Assembly: GCA_002633005.1 (NCBI GenBank)
Contig: NMRA01000453.1
Span: 213,695 to 277,694 of the forward strand
Source of the DNA: Phoronis australis
Taxonomy: Eukaryota > Animalia > Phoronida
Direction of reading: 5' to 3'
DNA: 64,000 nucleotides
This document shows, piece after piece, positions 11,273 to 21,360 of this stretch. Both the position numbers and the translations under genes were made by a program. The notes beneath the pieces are model-generated. The model was not told the DNA's origin, did not search any database, and worked only from the letters and a program-made list of their open reading frames with translations. The stretch's first letter is position 1; each line of letters opens with the position of its first letter.

Positions 11273-14200
11273 TGCGTGTGTTCTTGTGAGCCTGTATAGT
11301 AATAGGGGACAATAGACTGTCATAAAATCAGGTATTAATCAGTGCCTGGTTCTATGCAACGTTGGTATTGCAATATCACACCCCACGTTGCTGCTGTTGA
11401 ACAAATGAATGCAGTTAATGTCATGCAACGGTCAGAGTTATCGAGTCGATAACTTTAAGTGTTTTAATTAACCCAGGTTAGCTCTTTTATACTCTAGTTT
11501 GGGATCAACCAGTTAACAAAAGAAAGTATTTTAATGATGCGTTAATGATTTTTAAACTAATTTTCATCTTCACACAGACTTGTGAGTTGGGCAGAGCTGT
11601 TGCAGACTACCAGTATATAATATCACTTACAAATAGAAGTCAGTTAGATTACAACTGGCAAGGGCATAATACTCATGTAAAATTACAAATTTTAAGCCAA
11701 AATGATGAAGTTTTTGCGCTTAAAAAATCTGCAGCTTTTCAAGCACAAAAAGAGATTCAGTGGTAAATCCCTTAGTTTTGAAATGAAAGGCTTACTGACT
11801 TTTCACTGTCAATGTTAGAGGAGTTGAAATACTTTTGGTCAAATGAAATTTTGGTTGTCAGCCCTGTCAGGAGTCCCATGGTTCTGATTCACAAAATTTC
11901 ACATTTCAAGTGTAGACTAGGCATTCTTTTAATTTGACAGATTTTGTTTTGTGTTGTTTTGTGTTGTTTTGTCTCTGATTTTTTCATTTGAAAACTTGGA
12001 TTTGTTGGAAAAGTTTACGAATTGATATAGTAAATATATAGACTCTGAGGTCAGCCAGTAGTGAAATATATTAAATAAATACAGAAAAATCAGGAACCCC
12101 AACTGGGAATCGAACGACAGGTCTCTAGATTGCCGGTTTAGTGCTCTTACCACTGAGCTAATGAGGACCTGATATCTGCACAATTACTGTTTACAGCCAA
12201 CATGACATAACAGTTGGCTGTAAACAGTAATTGCGCAAATATCGGGCCCTCAGTAGCTCAGTGGTAAGAGCACTAGACCGGCAATCTAGAGACCTGTGGT
12301 TCGATTCCTAGTTGGGGCTCCTGATTTTTCTGTGTTTATTTGATATTTATGAATTGATTTTGTTAAGTTTATGATCAGATGTGAAATTGTTGGGGTTTAA
12401 TAGTCTATTAAACCCCAACAATTTTACTTCTGATCAGAGACTTAACAAAACTTCAAATCTATTTTTAAGCGTTGCAGCCAACTGAAAGTTGTCAATGTGA
12501 AGGCTGATTTCATTGTTCACTACCACTAGTAAACATTGTATTTTAGGTGCTGGCACGTATGGTTAGAAATCTTGTGGCTGTTGAGGAAAGACAGATTCAG
12601 AGTGGAGGTAGTGGAGTGTCTAACTTACTCAGTAATCTTGAGTTGGGCACCATTATCTCCCCTGATGATCTGGAAACAAGAATCAGGCTTTGCAGAATCT
12701 GTATCCATCAAAAGATCAACATAGCCGAGGTATGCACTCTTCAAAAAATGATCACAAATATGAAACATCAAATTAGCATAAGAAATTAAACTAACTAATT
12801 GCTCATACGTGTTCTGGGCTAAGGGATTCAAGTGAAGAAGGTAGTGAATACATGAGCTAGCTGACATATGGTGTTACATAATATTAACATAATTTATGAT
12901 TGACATATGTCTCGAATAATAGAAAAATGATAAGTGCGTTGCACTAGCTCGTTACCAGAGATACATACTATATATTAAGTTTACAGTCTTGAACACCTAT
13001 GATCAATCGATCAGGTTTTAAACTCACCAGTGTTCAAGGATTCCCAGTCAATATGTTTCTTCATGTTGACTGTCGGCGTGGTACCAAATTATTGATATTG
13101 ACCACTACTCACAGTGGTCGTACTGTTTTTACTCTTTTTAAAAACTTGACAACTCGTCATAATTTGATCCCGGATCTTTATGATTGCAAGCCACTACCAC
13201 TTAGGCACTAGCGTCTCATTCAACTTTGCCGCTCTGTCAGCCAGTTTCAGATGTCTTGGAAACCTTGGCATATAAATCACAGTGAGAGCAAACTTCCATC
13301 GAGACATCATGGTTCCCTCCATCATATTGTAGAGATAGTGTCCCTAATGTCTGTGCATAGCGATACCCCCTGTGATCATGATCTTCTGTTGGGAGGCTGT
13401 AATCACTGGACAGGAAATAAAACAACCAAATCCTTGAATGTAGAAACTAAACTAAGTCAGTTTCTAGGAGTTTATCTCATGATGTTTATTCTGTCTATTT
13501 GATTTAGACTCTTGAACACCTTCAAAATATCGCTAGTTTCGGCCGTGGTCCCGCTGGGTTGCTGTCTCAGATGATGCTGGTTGCGGAACGGCAATTGAAG
13601 GAAGAAAAATCTGTTCCTAAGGTAAATTTGGTAGTGCTGTATAGCTTTGGGTGCCAAACTATCACAGTGCTACTTTGATTATGTGGTATTTATCCACACT
13701 GCTTCTCATCTGGAGGGCACTTGTTCCTCTGCTGCCATTTTGAGCATTATACATGGAAATTTGCACACTTTGGGATAGTTCGTGTTAGTATAGTTGGTTA
13801 CCCGGTTCTTGGTTGAATGGTAGGAAGAGAGCTAACAAGGTAGCAGCAGCAAGTTGATGGAGAGCATCTTAAAAACTAACTCAGTTGTTGAGTTTCTACT
13901 GACACACAAAGTTTATTAACTCTAACTACAATATAATGAATGAAAATGTGTGGGTTTTTGAATGACAATATTGAAAAATCGGGTGACCTGATCCAAATCA
14001 TGAATGAAATGTTGACAGATGTCTGCCATATACTGGGTTTCACTATGACTAGATATTGGTCAATGACATACTAGTAAACAAAACACAAGGATGTCCTGGA
14101 ATGGTTATATAACATAAAATGTTTTTTTAAAGACAACTGTACATCATAGGAAATGGGTAAACTCGCTCTTATTTAACTTGATGAGAATTCATGACACACT

Positions 14201-15797
14201 CAGGGAATTATACCAACACCAAAAAATCTGAGTTGGTTGGACACGATATATTGTTGTCATTTCCTAAGTATGCTGGCAGCCTAGTCTTTTCCAATACTAT
14301 GTCAAACATACAAGGAGTTTCTCTTCCTCAGCCTGTAATTTGTAGGGAATTGAATTTTCTTATTTCTTATTAAACAATCACCATTTAAAGATAATAGTGG
14401 AGGGTTTCCATGGAAACTAGAGAGACAAGCTCTTCTGGTCTGTGACCCTGGTGTCGCAGTTTAAGATTTCCCTAGGAAAAAAGGAACACCCTGTTGCATA
14501 AACTCAGGCCTCCTGATTTGCCAATCTGCATAGAGGATTTGCATGTTGTGTCGGCCTCTCATGGTTAATGGTCACATCTTTCTGTAGATAATGCCCAGAC
14601 TACGCAGTGACAATCCTCAAGTGCAGTTCTCTGTCGGCATGATTATGAAACACAGGAGGTGAGTCTATTAAATTTGTTCTGATCGAACTTTCTTCTGAAT
14701 CACCTTTATTACATACCTTTGATACACTTTCTTTACATTCTGATTATTGCAGGATAGACCTGATTTGGTTGAAAATTGACCAGGTTTGTTATCTAGTGAT
14801 TGTTACATTATGTGACCAACAGGTGGTGTACAGACCAAACTTAAAAATGTTTGTGATTCAAACTATTTTGTTGAATATTCATGATTATTAAGCAGCAATT
14901 TGCAAGACATGCACAACTACAGTATCCTGTGCAATACACTACTGTCACAACATAAACTTCAATACTTCACACAGATATCACTACAAGTGTGTCATCTATG
15001 GCTGGGACAAGGAATGCTTGGCCTCTCCACCTTGGATGAGTCAGATGGGGGTGCCAAACTTACCCAACGGACAGTACCAGCCCTTCTACAATGTGCTAGT
15101 ACACGATGGCTCTACCAGATATGCAGCACATGGTCAGTGAAAGCTCAGAAGTCTGTGACATCATTTTTATGTTAAGTTGGTTTAGTGAAGGACAGTTAAG
15201 TGGTGTAAATTTGTTTACTCAAGCTCAAAACTGGGAGTTTGAGCGATTGTCTAGTAAAATGCTTGTGTCTTCTTCATATTTTGCATTCAAAAGTGGCTTT
15301 TCCCAAACAATTTTCATACAGAAAATGCATTAGGCAGTGTACTTCCTACTAGGCAAAGTACTCAAGAAATAGACAGTGAATTAAAATACAGTCATTGGCT
15401 TCCATATTTTTGTGTTTTTTGTAATTCAGGTGGAGAATTGGCAATTGATGTCTTTATTTGGAAATGCACTGGAATCATTTTTGTTCATGGTATCTAATAG
15501 GAACATAAACATAAAAACTGATACATTGATGATTTTTTTATGTAGCTTCATTACTGGTATCAAAATATGCTTGCTGTTTATTCCAAAAATTTCCAACTTG
15601 TATATTCTATTTAAATTTCAGACAATTTAGAATTTATTGAAGAACCTTGTGTGATCACGCACTCAGAAATTGGCAGATATTTTCACTCATTCTGCGGTAC
15701 CCACTACGAAATGAATGAAGAGAAATGTCAAGAATATCCCCAGGATGCAGAGACGACTGTGAACCATGCGCACACTTACTATCAACACTTGACATAG
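3951..15797 (+). CDS. FBXO21: F-box only protein 21 (F-box + transglutaminase-like/SirB1 domain + YccV/HspQ-like domain), 11 coding exons, 617 aa
   Basis: Exons: 3951-4156, 5294-5542, 7158-7282, 8045-8200, 8758-8894, 10437-10715, 12547-12729, 13508-13621, 14588-14658, 14975-15132, 15622-15797. All introns are GT-AG and phases match (1854 nt total). Motifs: F-box LTSLPHEILEHIL; DLTIKYYAQKVL; GNTEDYYDPRNSYINQVLERKTGIPISL...VNFPSHF...FIDVFN; YccV-like FSVGMIMKHRRYHYKCVIYGWD...QPFYNVLV...HSEIGRYF. This architecture matches the FBXO21 family. Confidence 0.93.
5663..5768. repeat. Diverged short tandem repeat (~45-bp unit, ~2.3 copies) in FBXO21 intron 2
   Basis: The unit caggg(g/a)gttt(g/a)aggtctg(t/c)ccattata..atgtaaatgca occurs twice, followed by a partial third cagggggttctg. 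Confidence 0.6.
5756..6690. mobile_element. Possible old non-autonomous DNA transposon in FBXO21 intron 2
   Basis: A CpG-richer block bounded by imperfect inverted ends (CAGGGGGTTCTGCACTC ... GACTGGAGAAACTCTG). No clean TSD and no transposase ORF. Confidence 0.3.
6780..6865. repeat. Imperfect ~86-bp palindrome (foldback/MITE-like)
   Basis: ATATAACGTGCC..ATTTTGAGAA.CAGTTT pairs with AAACTG.TTCTCAAAAT..GGCACGTTATAT. Confidence 0.8.
10823..10915 (+). mobile_element. 5'-truncated tRNA-derived SINE copy (same family as 55779-55928)
   Basis: Shares cacactg.ta.acccttgag..aggtttctagctcctcagctcggttttaaccatatat.aataaagca.aaaaata with the 55.8-kb copy. A B-box remnant gatcaagtcc is present. Confidence 0.75.
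10916..11003 (+). mobile_element. 3' end of a Helentron/HINE-like element (internally deleted relative of 55927-57140)
   Basis: gatcagtgcaatgggcc...tgcgcac, then the hairpin GTCTGATACA-ACG-TGTATCAGAC (10962-10984), then cctgcaatt and a T-run. Homologous to 57072-57140. Confidence 0.65.
11231..11280. repeat. Compound microsatellite (TG)n(CGTG)n
   Basis: Directly visible in the sequence. Confidence 0.95.
12095..12168 (-). pseudogene. tRNA-like sequence, left arm of the palindrome
   Basis: The reverse complement reads GTCCTCATTAGCTCAGTGGTAAGAGCACTAAACCGGCAATCTAGAGACCTGTCGTTCGATTCCCAGTTGGGGTT, followed by CCTGATTTTT. Confidence 0.65.
12246..12319 (+). pseudogene. tRNA-like sequence (probably tRNA-Thr-derived; loop CCGGCAA reads as anticodon GGC), right arm of the palindrome
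   Basis: D arm GCTC-AGTGGTAA-GAGC; anticodon arm CTAGA-CCGGCAA-TCTAG; T loop GTTCGATTC. The acceptor and T stems are imperfect and C replaces U33. TTTTT follows at 12325-12329. Confidence 0.7.
12358..12450. repeat. ~93-bp near-perfect palindrome directly next to the tRNA palindrome
   Basis: TTTTGTTAAGT..TGATCAGA.GT.AAATTGTTGGGGTTTAATAG-T-CTATTAAACCCCAACAATTT.AC.TCTGATCA..ACTTAACAAAA, centred at 12404. Confidence 0.88.
14404..14417. promoter_or_regulatory. Perfect palindromic RFX X-box in FBXO21 intron 8
   Basis: GTTTCCATGGAAAC fits GTTNCCATGGNAAC. Function is untested. Confidence 0.4.
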
Positions 15798-16855
15798 TCA
15801 TAACACTTGTGTTAGTGACCTTTTTATTCACTGTTATTGTGCTCCGCTATACTTACCCTGGACATCTTCAAATTTGAATTACGCATGTGATTATTCACAA
15901 CCCGTTCCAAGTGTTAGCACATTCGTGCTCCTTGGTTGCTGTAAAAGCTGTTGATAAACAGTGAATTACTCATGATGGTAATTGTAAGCTGTGGTTGTGT
16001 TTGTCTTTCACCAGGTTTAAGGTGTGCTTGTGGTGGTATGGGTGTTTAATGGAGAGTATGGCCTTGCCTTAAATTCTGAGTATGGCCTGGGTTTAGATTC
16101 TGAGAATGGCACTTAAATGGTGATGCAGGTCTTTCGTTCAAGTGATTACCATTTAGTTATGAAATATTTTCTGGGACAGGTGACATCTGGATGTTGGTTC
16201 TCTTAGGTTGATGTACCACCAGCCTCAAGCGTACTTGACTGTTGTTAGCATTTCAAATTTTATTGTGGAGTTGTCAGTGCCTAAGGAATAGGTGGTCTAA
16301 TGGCTTATGAACAGATGCCCTTATCATTCAGCATCTTGAAATGTTTGTACACCTCCAGCACTACATCTTTCTGTGCCTCTCTCAAATCAGAGGTCAGTTT
16401 TCTTGTTTTGCGGTATAACTGTTAATCATTTACAACAGTGGCAGATTAGCTATGGAGTTTTACAAGTAACATGAAAGCGAAAAATATCGCTGAATTATGA
16501 CACTGAAAATTGAGACTATTAAAACAGTCAGTTAGCCTGCCTCTCCATTCTTGTGTGGTATTACAATACCATATAATGTATAAACGTATTCGTGTTATAT
16601 TTATTGTTTAAAATTGCTTATTAACACGAGACTTTGGTGTCAGTAATTAGCTTCTGTTTGTGCAGAAACTCCAAAACTGTCCTGCTGCATTGTTCAGAAA
16701 ATTGCCCTTTGTTTTTTTTCAATAACTTGACTTTCTTGTTGTCATAAAAGCAAGTAGTGAGAAGGTTTGTTTCCAATGTCTAATTGTGTCTGCTCAATAC
16801 TTGCATTATCAACAGACATTTTGATGCAATTTAATATGTGAAACATTTAAAGAAC

Positions 16856-16861
16856 AATAAA
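16856..16861 (+). terminator. Likely FBXO21 polyadenylation signal
   Basis: The first AATAAA that I found after the stop at 15797, followed by T/GT-rich sequence (ctgttgttttcctcattgtt). Confidence 0.55.
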
Positions 16862-17489
16862 ATATTTTTATTTCTAAACCATTTCCATGGCTGTTGTTTT
16901 CCTCATTGTTCAATACATATTTCTGTTTATGGTCTCATGCTGCAGTTTTAAACAATGGAAAAGAACAGTAGTTTAACAAGAACGACATGGCATTTAAATT
17001 GACTCGTTTTTAAGAGAAGTACAACAAATAGGAACACCATACTCTGTTATGACTTATGATTCTAGATCAAAAATTCAACATTGAAAGTACCGGTATATAC
17101 TTTTTGAAAACACCAAATATTATGCAGAACATAGGGAATCACTGTCTTGTTACTAATTGTTTTCCAGCAATCAAATTGAATTATAATGTAGTATCCCACA
17201 ATATTTATTTTGCATCAGTAATAATAATTTTGTCTTGTTTAATGAAAGTTGAAGAGAAAGAAATCTCAATGCATTAAAAAAAAGATTGCCTTACCTACAA
17301 CATGGTAGTTTAGTGAGATCATGTGTTCAAAATCTCATGTAAACTTTGATGAAACCATTGTCAAGAGCCGTCAGCAGTAGGACATCTTGAGGTAAAATAA
17401 ATCGCTCGGATTCTTAAATGTGCACATTCATTATTAATTTTATGATATGGATGTGCACAACGCTGTAATGAGCCCTTTCTGACGATACA

Positions 17490-17495
17490 TTTATT
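17490..17495 (-). terminator. Likely TEKT1 polyadenylation signal
   Basis: TTTATT on + is AATAAA on -, about 400 nt past the TEKT1 stop. An alternative signal lies at 17617-17622. Confidence 0.5.
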
Positions 17496-17888
17496 TTAAT
17501 TTCATGACTACAGGAGATAACAACAAGTTATATTATACCACTGACAGTGAGCAGAATGCCATTGTGTTTTGCTTATTTCTACTTTAACATTACAAGAAGA
17601 CATGTTTAGCAAACAGTTTATTTTAAATAAAAATAAAAACAATGTACGCAAAACGATGCGTGCTCCATATAGCTAGCATTCAATAATGCTTAGTTTACTA
17701 AAGAAGTGACCAATACCAGCATTCGTCATGCAACAAGTTTCCTTCCTAACTGTAGTGGCAGAAATTTTCCATTCAAGTGGCAACAGCAGGAAATGTACAA
17801 GGCTGTTGTCACTAATATAAACCACATCAAGTTGGAAAGTTTCCACATAGGTAGTCAGTGTACAAGTGTGTATACAGTCTCTTGCCAA

Positions 17889-20883
17889 TTAAAATGCCTG
17901 GATGTTGATACTTTCCCTCATTCCCATGCACTGAACTTCATCGATAAACAATGTATTTGCTTTAGTGTCAATATCTTCCTCCAACACAAGTTGGTTACGA
18001 ACAAGTCCTTTGTGTGATGTTTCTGAGTCTTTCAACCTGGCATCCAGCTGACTCAAAGAGTCCGTGATCTCGCTGACCTCTGCTATGAGACGGTACTGAA
18101 CGGGGTCTCTGCAAAGCTCATTGTTAGGTCGGTTTGTGCGTGTGTCCAGCCGTGTCTGGGCTAATTTCATTGGTGCCTCCTTGTCATAGATGCCCTTCTC
18201 CAAGCCAGTGATATTTTCCTCCATGTGTTTGATTTGAGCAATGACCTAGTGAACAAAAAGTAACAGAAAGTCAGTAATGCTTGAAACATCTCCGTGACAA
18301 AATTCATTTCTTAGCTGTTCTACTTTCCAACAGTATTAATACTTCAAGATGCAGTTATTAACTCTGTGAATGTGCCACCCTTAGCAAAGCATGTGGTTTT
18401 TAAGAAACTTTCAAAAACTAACCTCCTCGTTAAACTATGTACAAAGCACCGACTTAAGTCAATTTAATTTAATTAATACTGTTTTTGCTCATGTTTAATG
18501 GAATCGCCAGAGAAAACTTGGTTGCTCAGAATAATATTAGTTGCCTTGTGCTAGACTTAAAATTTGGTTGTTGCACGACGTCAAAGCATCGTTCATCACA
18601 GAGTAAAACATGACATTTGATAGTGTGATGTGATTTCAAGTTTGTCATCTATCATATATCACTTTTAATAACTGGGCCTGGCTGTTAAGCGCATACTTCT
18701 GAACACACTGCAATACTGTGCCAAAAACATAACACGACTTACCCGGGCAAGATGATTCTCCAGTTTGCCCTTTGTATCCTTCGTCTCCTCAATTCTTTTA
18801 CGGAAGGCAAGATCCACGTCTGCCCTCTGTTTGTTCATGTCATTGGCTGTTTGCTGCAGTACTCCGTCTGTGATTGTTCGCAGCTGAACCGAGTTCATCC
18901 TCTCACGCTCTGCCTTTTTGATATTGTCATTAGAGTAACCCTCCCACTCTTCTGGAGTCACAGAGCTGAAGAAAAATAAAAAAAACACATTGAAGATACA
19001 TGCATTTAACAACCCAAAATCAAAGACATTACAGAGAATTTTAGATGAGACAACTGACAGCTGATTTAAATTTTCAAAAAGTAGTTCCTTCATAAAATTG
19101 AGTTTGCCTGCATTAATAACATGCAAACTGGTTTATAATCATTAAACGAGTATTGGTGCTGTGACTTGTTACCTAGTTTTTGATGCAAATAAGACACTGA
19201 CATTCATAATTATTAACAAATCTGTCTCAGCACTTCAGCGTTAAGATTCAGTCAACATGTATATCTGTTCATCAAAAGTAAAAGGTGCACGCTAAGTGTG
19301 TAGGTTTCTTCAAGTAAATCATAAATAAAGTGTACAACACTTGCACTTACTTAGCTTCGATCTTTGCTGCACCATCCTTGTATCGGATATCAGCTGAATT
19401 GTTGCGCAGTGTTGCACAGTAGTCATCAATGTTGACTGCTGAGAACTTGTCTTTCAAGTCTTTCTCCAGCTGGTACTTAGCTTTTCTGTTCAGCCTGTAA
19501 TAAAGATTAAATATTGAAGTGTAACGTGTAAGACATTTTGAATTTAATGCATTTTAAAGTTTGTGACAACTAAAACACTAAATTTCTATGAAATCTCAGC
19601 TTTGTTTGAGTTAGAGGCTGATAACTTATCTCACTTTGCTTCACTCAGTACTCAGTAGATTGCTCACAATACCGAACAACTAATACCAAGAACTTTTAAA
19701 AGAACACTCCGAACTCTGCTGCTGCAGCATCCCATTCTTTACACTGAACCATGTCATTGCAATTCTTATCAATAAACAAACCGACAAACCCATTAATACA
19801 GTTTTGTTCAATCAATTATGCAACAATCACATGAGAATATAAATCCATATATGCCTCTGTAGATTTGCAGTAACTTCTCTAATATGTCTTCATGAAATCA
19901 ATGCAACAATGAACACAGATCAATAGTTCCATCTGATACACACCTAACTTGTTCAGTACAGTTCTCAATAGTACGCTGTAGCAGTGACATCACACCCTGG
20001 ATTGCCTCCACCTCCTTAAACAGCTCCTTTTGCACGTCGTCATGCACCAAGTCAATGCCCCGTCTCTTTTCCCTGTTTACCAGGCACTGCTGAGCGATGT
20101 GCAGTGGCTCATCACATGCCTGCAGAGCTTTCTCTACGCGTGCCTTGAAAGCCAGAAGATTGTCTATTTCTTCAACAAGTTCAGCAAGCTTGTTGTCAAG
20201 CTCTCCCTTCCAGAACTTAATATCATCCATACGTTGTTCTGAAACATAAAACATACTAATGTCACTCATGTAACACATAAAAATTTTCAATGAAATTTTC
20301 ACACAAAAGACAACACCAGATATATTGATTACGGATAAAATCTATCATTTTTTCTAGGCTGACTGAAAATTGACTTTCTAAAACCGCTCTGAGGTTGTGG
20401 CGTGTTACAAATATTGTTAAAATCTCTTGGTCAATTTACACCGACCTCTTGTCTATTTACAGTGACACTGTAAATAGACAAAAGGTCGGTGTAAATAGAC
20501 CAAGAGATTTTAATAATAGCTGTGACTGAAATTATGACAAAAAGATGGGGCTTGTTCAGCTAAATATGCCTTCGACAAAACACCCACTCTTAACACCCAT
20601 ATTTCTGCTGTACTCCTCTTGACAGGGCTATTTACTGCATCAGTGGAATTTTGTGAAATGATGTTGGATGTTTACTGAGTTGCTAATACTTACCAAATTT
20701 TTTATCAACATCAGCTTGCGTCCTTTCAACCCGCTTCTGCGTTTCATCATTCAGTCTCTCCGACTCCATAACCAGACGTTCTGCTGCGGCCCGTTCTTTT
20801 TCAGCATTGTTGTACTTTGTCTTATTGGCCTGGGTCCACTCTGGGTGGGTGAACCTCGTGGGAGCTTTTATAATCTGGGCCAT
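17889..20883 (-). CDS. TEKT1: Tektin-1 (tektin C), axonemal microtubule inner protein, 5 coding exons, 402 aa
   Basis: Coding exons on -: 20694-20883, 19944-20238, 19351-19494, 18743-18965, 17889-18245. All introns are GT-AG and phases match (1209 nt). Sequence: N-terminus MAQIIKAPTRFTHPEW, REKRRGIDLVHDDVQKEL, RLNRKAKYQLEKDLKDKF, tektin loop RPNNELCRD, and NTLFIDEVQCMGMR, all closely resembling vertebrate TEKT1 as I recall it. Confidence 0.93.
20412..20518. repeat. 107-bp near-perfect palindrome (foldback/MITE-like) in a TEKT1 intron
   Basis: TATTGTTAAAATCTCTTGGTCAATTTACACCGACCTCTTGTCTATTTACAGTG-A-CACTGTAAATAGACAAAAGGTCGGTGTAAATAGACCAAGAGATTTTAATAATA, centred at 20465, with the internal subrepeat GTC(T/A)ATTTACA. 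Confidence 0.92.
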
Positions 20884-21270
20884 GTTTCTACAAAGAGCAG
20901 AATGAATCTTACAGTTGACAAAATAACTCGATGTTACCTGGTTACTTAAAATATTTAATAATTCAGTGGTCTGTTGGTGAGAATACTATTGACAGATCTT
21001 ATTACTGAAAACTGTACTAGCGAATGGTTAATTTTTGAGATTTTTTTCATTTTCTCAATCACTGACAAGCTTTTCAGATTAAACTAATCATCAATTTCCC
21101 ATAGCCTTATGTATTTAGTTATGTATGAGACTTGCGGTTCTCAGGCAAATTTCATGAAACTTCTTGTGACAATATCGATTGGCTTCTACTGTTCTGTCTT
21201 GCTTTGATAGAATCAGCGAACTGTTAACGTTATGTTCTCACAATTTCGTTGCAATTTACAATGTACATAC

Positions 21271-21360
21271 CTGTCGTTAATCCCTCAAATGTCTGAATTT
21301 AATCTACTCCTCGCCGTTCTCGCACCCTTCTCGAAAATACTAGATGCTTTGCCCTATCAA
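21271..21360 (-). other. TEKT1: Putative non-coding first exon of TEKT1
   Basis: A donor CAG|GTATG on - (GT at 21270-21269) pairs with the acceptor 4 nt upstream of the TEKT1 ATG (AG at 20889-20888). The upstream (TSS) end is approximate. Confidence 0.6.

Larger units (their letters stand above)
12068..12346. mobile_element. ~280-bp palindromic element with two divergent tRNA-like arms (FBXO21 intron 6)
   Basis: Arms 12068-12201 and 12213-12346 are reverse complements with 11 mismatches in ~134 nt by manual count. Each arm carries an A box, a B box and a T5 run. Confidence 0.85.

Noticed and set aside
12095-12319. Functional tRNA-Ala(GGC) genes
   Set aside because: C replaces the invariant U33, the acceptor and T stems are imperfect, and the pair sits within a palindromic repeat. 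Treated as tRNA-like or pseudogene pending tRNAscan-SE.
13251-13502. His-rich ORF in FBXO21 intron 7 as an alternative exon
   Set aside because: There is no convincing donor, and exons 12547-12729 and 13508-13621 already join in frame to give the expected protein.
3951-15797. Novel fusion of bacterial-type SirB1/transglutaminase-like and HspQ/YccV domains, or horizontal transfer
   Set aside because: This is the standard architecture of animal FBXO21, and the gene has ten ordinary spliceosomal introns.
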